From: the human T2T-CHM13v2.0 reference genome, Homo sapiens
Assembly (NCBI RefSeq): GCF_009914755.1
Contig: NC_060925.1
Reading direction: 5' to 3' (one strand)
Length of the DNA: 64,000 bases
The notes beneath the pieces were generated by a model. The model was not told the DNA's origin, did no database searches, and was given only the letters and a program-made list of their open reading frames with translations. The translations under genes were made by a program, and so were the position numbers. Positions 58,924 through 64,000 of this stretch are shown one piece after another; positions within the stretch are counted from its first letter, which is position 1, and every line of letters begins with the position of its first letter.

Positions 58924-59162
58924 CTGTGAATGACACCATTGGGGAACATGGGGGGACTCCACCGGAAGGAGGCCGTCCTTGAGGCCAGCGTCCCGATTTG
59001 TGGAGAGGACAGTCCTGAGGGTGGGGCAGGATGGGTTCTCAGTTCAGCTGTCGGTCCTTTGCTGCAACAGTTGAAGCAGGTGCAGGCCTCTACTCCAATA
59101 GAGTAGTTAGTGAAGGCTTGAAGGCCATGGAGAGTCTGCTGGGTGGCCATGCCTTCGGATAG
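58924..59162 (-). CDS. USH2A: USH2A exon 66 (FN3): LSEGMATQQTLHGLQAFTNYSIGVEACT...WSPPMFPNGVIH
   Basis: ccttccaCAG acceptor, CAG|GTAATG donor, 239 nt. Confidence 0.95.
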
Positions 59163-60987
59163 CTGTGGAAGGAAGGAAGGCTAGATAAAGGCAGTGTCAA
59201 ACATTAAAGGTGTTTGATGAATGTTATCCAAGATCCCACCTCCTACAAATGGAGTACCATGCCAGGCACTCTGGGAGACACAACATGGCATTTAGCATGA
59301 CATTTATCCTCAAAAAATTACCAACTCAGTTAGAGAGGTATGACAAATAGGTGAAAAATCTGATAATGTAACCGTTAAATAGACGTTTGAGGTAGCAGGA
59401 TGGAAATCACAAGGCATAATATTATCGATTATCTATTACCTTAGAAAGGTATTAGAAAATGGCACGGAACACACAAAGTGTTGATCAAAGTCTATGACCC
59501 TCAGAGTGATGTCTTTTCAAAAAACAAAATCTGCCTTCCAATTATATGTCTAGTCAGCATTCACCAAGGTCCATATTCTGCCATGGTTACTTGCATGCAA
59601 TTTCTCAGTCAAAAAATCTTTTCAGATCTACATTAAAATCAGGTATAAGTATTGGAGGGCTTGAAAGTCTATCTCTTCCTCTGAGGGTGTTGGTTTTTAC
59701 AAAATATCATAGTCTTCTCTCAATCATCTTTGTAGGATTATAAAGTTTTGGTTTATTTTGAGCAAATTTTTAACCTCATTGTGGTTTTAATAAGTACTCT
59801 TCGGAACAAGAGTTCAGAAACTGAAATTAATGTTCATGTTGACATAAAGAACATATGATTAAGAAGAGCTGTTAAAAAATGCATACAATGCCCTCCAAAT
59901 ATAAATTATTTTAGTTTATTATCATTTTATAAGCATGGATAATCAAGGGTTGATTGTATTTACATCATCTATATTTATTGAGTACGAAGCCCTATAGAAA
60001 ATATGCTAATATTCCTTTAACATTCAATCCAAGCCTCCCTGTATGTAAGTTATCTGTTGAAATTGTGTTTCAATACCTGACACTCTGGTCTCAGAGGAAT
60101 TCTCCACACTTGCCCAAATTGTTCCCTAAATTGGCCTAAATAATGCATAGTGTAATACCAGGATCTGCACAATCTCTATACAATGTTTGTGTGAACAAAG
60201 TATTATAATCTCCACTTATTCATGAGAAACTTGAGAGTGACACAAGCTATACCACAGAGACAAGAGTCTTCATCGTGCTGGCTGCTGGTATCTTCATTTA
60301 AATAATGCAGGAACTGGTCTAGTTGATTCTTAGCATCGCTTCCGGGAAGTGGCTTGGCTAACGCACAATGTGAAAGATGATTTCCCTGAGCAATCTCTCC
60401 TGTCTCCCAGTGTGCCTCAAACGTGTTAACGAACAAACAGTGGAGCTAGGGCTATGCTGATGGAGCTGCTCTGCTCTCTCTTCTAAAGGGTTAGAACTTT
60501 CTTGAAATCACCAGAGGAATGAGAGTTTTCCATGTATTATTAGAGATTTGTGCATGTCAAAATAGAGATTCCAAGGATATTCTTTGCTCTATTTTGTTTT
60601 CATACTAACATTTACACCACCAATAATTACCATTTGCCAACTTCTTACTATGTGCCACCACTCTAAGTGGTTGATCTGTTTTCTAATTAAATTAAATTAA
60701 ATTAAATTAGTGTGATTGCCTTTAAAGTCTTAGTTTCTTACGTTTGTGGAGTCTTTAATACCACCTTTAGCATCCCTCTCCCTAAGAGTTTACATACTTT
60801 CTGTATGTTTCCTCAGGGTTCACTTTTTCTTCTCTGAGGGATATTTGTGCTACTAAGTTCACCGTAGAGCAACTGAGAACAGAAGGATAAGAAAGATGGA
60901 GGGAAAAACAAAAACATAAAAACAAAGGTTTCATAGTAATGATTTTTAAAAGTCAACCAGTCCTGGATTTTTAGCTCTGCTGCTCAC

Positions 60988-61197
60988 CACTGTCTCAGCC
61001 CCATGGGCGCTGCTGGAGAACAGCCTGTAGAGACTGACGATCCCGTTGGGCTTCCCAGGGGCACTGATGTTGACCACTGCTTGGGTAGAAGAGATCACAT
61101 GGAACGTGGGGGCTCTGAGACCTTCTGGTGGGGCTGGCCCGGTTCTGCACCATGTCCAGCTACTGGGGGCTTTTCCTGCAGAATTCACTGCCCAGAC
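60988..61197 (-). CDS. USH2A: USH2A exon 65 (FN3): VWAVNSAGKAPSSWTWCRTGPAPPEG...SSAHGAETV
   Basis: ttctctttgGAG acceptor, GTG|GTGAGC donor, 210 nt, phase 0 to 0. Confidence 0.9.
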
Positions 61198-64000
61198 CTC
61201 CAAAGAGAAATCAACAAGACTGTCAAAAGCAAGATACCCTAAGGCTGGGAAAAAAAAAAAAAAAAGAAAGGAAAAAAAACGAAATTGGCAACCAAAAGCA
61301 ACTAAACACAACAGGAAGAGATAAACTTTGATCTTGCAACCTTGTAATCACACAGGAGAGCAAGGAGAGCAGGCTGTTCCTTTTTTATTTTTATTTTTTG
61401 CCTTTTGCCTTTGACCATGTGAACACAAAGGGGGCCGTTTAGGATTTCAGAATGCAGCACGTTGATTTAAGCCTAATGAAAAAACTGCTCATCTCTGTGT
61501 GGGAAGTGGAGTGATTTTGTCAGCTTCTGCAGACTGGATGGATCTGCAGACTACAAAAAACTCAGCAATTCTTAAACATTGTCCCCACCAAATCTGCATG
61601 AAAATTAAATTTCCTTTCATCAAGGAGGGAATAAACATATGGAACGATGTATAATCTTATTTATCAAGAACCATTTGTATAATTAAACACGAATATCCTA
61701 AAAGGTTGCCTTAGGTCGTCATTTGCATGAGTAAGTAATTTGTAGAATGTCAGGTACAATAGACAGAGTAGATGGATGTGTGAGTGTATAGGGTTAAATT
61801 AGGCCCAATAATAGCCAACTACACAGTGATCAATCAGAATGATAGATCTAAATGGCAATACAAGAAGACTGTCTGCGTGTTTAGGAGTAGTAGTATTCCT
61901 TAGTAAGCTTTCATGTGAAAGCCTAACTTCAGGAAATTTTTTTCTCATTGTGTTTCTTCTACATTATATATTTTCTAAAAATTTGCCCCCGAGCTTTTAA
62001 AGACAAATCTGAAAAACTTGTTTGATTCTACAGTACACACATTCCAGGCATGCAGTATTGAAAAAAAAAAAAAGCATGCAGAATGTTCAAAATAGGAGAT
62101 ATTTGTGGGGGAAAAAAAGAAAAAACCTATGAGAATATTTTGCAGTGAGAGTTTAGTTTCATTTTTGTTTACTTTGCTTTTGCATCAATAATATCTTCAA
62201 GAGAAGAAACATTAGACAGAGTTTTAGTAGTTAGGTCAACTCCTATCAGTGGTTTTCATACTTTTCTTTTTTTCCGGATTCCTTTGTGAAAGTAAATTTT
62301 CTGATGTTGAATTGTTTTCAGGTTGCTGTCAAATGCAAATCTCCAGCCCCTTGCTGATAGGATTGCCAGGAGCCTCATTTTTTAAAAGAGACAACTAACC
62401 TACTTACATAGATACACCTGCTCTTTTTAGAGCTCGGATACATCCTCTCATCATTTGCATAATAATCACTCACATTTGTATAAACTCTACATTTCACAAA
62501 GCACTTTAACTTATGTCAGCTTATTTAGTCCTTCCAATGGAAACCTTGTAAGGTGAGCCGAGAATGTATTACTAGTCCCCTTTTAAAGGTGAGGAAATTG
62601 AGCCTCAGAAAATTTCACTATCTTGTTCAAGGTGACAAAAGTTACAAGTGCTGAAACAAGAATTCTGCTCTCCAGTGCCTGTTTCAATGAGCAGGGTTTT
62701 TGATTCTGTATGCCATCCATATGCATAAATAAAATAGTCAGAATCATGAAAATTAAACGACTTGTCCATAGACGAATACCTGCAATTCTAGATTAGGTTA
62801 AGGTGTCTTAGCTTGCAAGGATGGATAGACATGTACAAGTTGTCTTAGGTGAGGGAGGTTTGTTTTGGTAAGCACAGGGAAGTAAGGAGCTAGCAATGGG
62901 AGAGCCAGATTTCATGGAAGTTAGAGTCCATCCATCAGAATACAACTGCAGCTGCTCTCAGAGTCCCCTCAGAAATAGGTGAGGTCAGACTTACACTAGG
63001 GAGGGGAGGTGGAGGTTATTCATGAAGAAGTCAGACTTCAGGGCTGATGAGGAGGGTTCCTGTCTCCTCACTGTGCCCCAGAACAACCTCTTTTACTGCA
63101 AATATCTTTCTGGGAAGTGGTGGGGGGGACACCTATTATTACACAATGAATGACAAGATTTAAAACAATATTCTTGACAAAGGAATGCAAAGTAAGGTGC
63201 AAATATTGATATGACGTTTTTTGCCAAGAGCAGAACTTTGGTTGGTGATTTGAGCGCAGGCAGAATTTAAATTCAGGCTACAATGGATGGGGAGGAAAAT
63301 GAGGAAGAAAGTGCAACTAGGTATAATAAAAGAAAAATTCAACAACTTGCCAATTAATTACTGTGCACCAATAGGAGATGGAAGTAGTGCAGGCATAGGG
63401 TGTTGAAAGAAAATGAGATGAAATAAGCATAATTCATAGCAAGTGCTCAGCACAGTTCTGGCTCTGGCTTATGAACATTAACTTTTCTTTCATTTTCAAT
63501 GTAGATATAGAATCATAAATACTATTAAGGCTTTTTAATGGTAGTGTCGTAGATTGTACTAAATCTCAGCCTTCCTGTGTTACGTGAACTTCTACTAGGT
63601 GGAGTTCTAGTTCCAAAATGTGATTTAATCCCTGGATTTTAAAAACACTTGGGCCTCAGTATTATAGTGTTTTGCTATATTTCCTTGGAAATATTCTCTT
63701 TGAAAACCAGGCAATTCAAAATTCCCCATCACTAATAGGGAATGTATGCAGGCTATTTTGTCTTTGGCAGGAGTCCTTCATAATACATTACTCTTTTTCC
63801 TAGACTTTCTTTTTAGTATTCAATCAATTTGAGATCAAAATAGCATTCATATAAATCAACATGCTTATGCAAAGCAGGATCAACCTATTTACATGAGCTA
63901 CTGTGAAAATGAAAACAGAATGAAGAGAAAGCTGACTGAGATAATGAAGCATTATGAATTTCACAAAACTTGTATGATGAGGCAGTGTCTCTGTTATATC

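Noticed and set aside
60684-60709. (AATTA)n repeat as a homeodomain site array
   Set aside because: Most simply a short simple repeat; no further support

Overview
Human-type genomic DNA (recognised as the 1q41 KCTD3/USH2A junction). The + strand carries the last nine coding exons of KCTD3 (WD40-type region and disordered C-terminus, stop at 31018-31020) and its 3'UTR. The - strand carries the 3' end of USH2A (usherin): canonical exons 65-72 encoding the last FN3 repeats, the transmembrane helix and a cytoplasmic tail ending in DTHL. The two genes converge tail-to-tail about 1.1 kb apart. Introns are filled with Alu, L1, L2, MIR, LTR and DNA-transposon fossils. The most interesting element is missed by the ORF track: an intact in-frame 72-nt USH2A cassette exon (40589-40660, -) encoding FDSVADISDVSSNVTLKSYTMHFE, matching the inner-ear-enriched 24-aa exon described for usherin. 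It sits in a compact splicing-control module: a weak donor, three downstream UGCAUG motifs, upstream UGC motifs and a flanking inverted Alu pair. Exon numbers, repeat subfamily names and comparisons to the reference protein come from recall, not a database search. Repeat boundaries are approximate.
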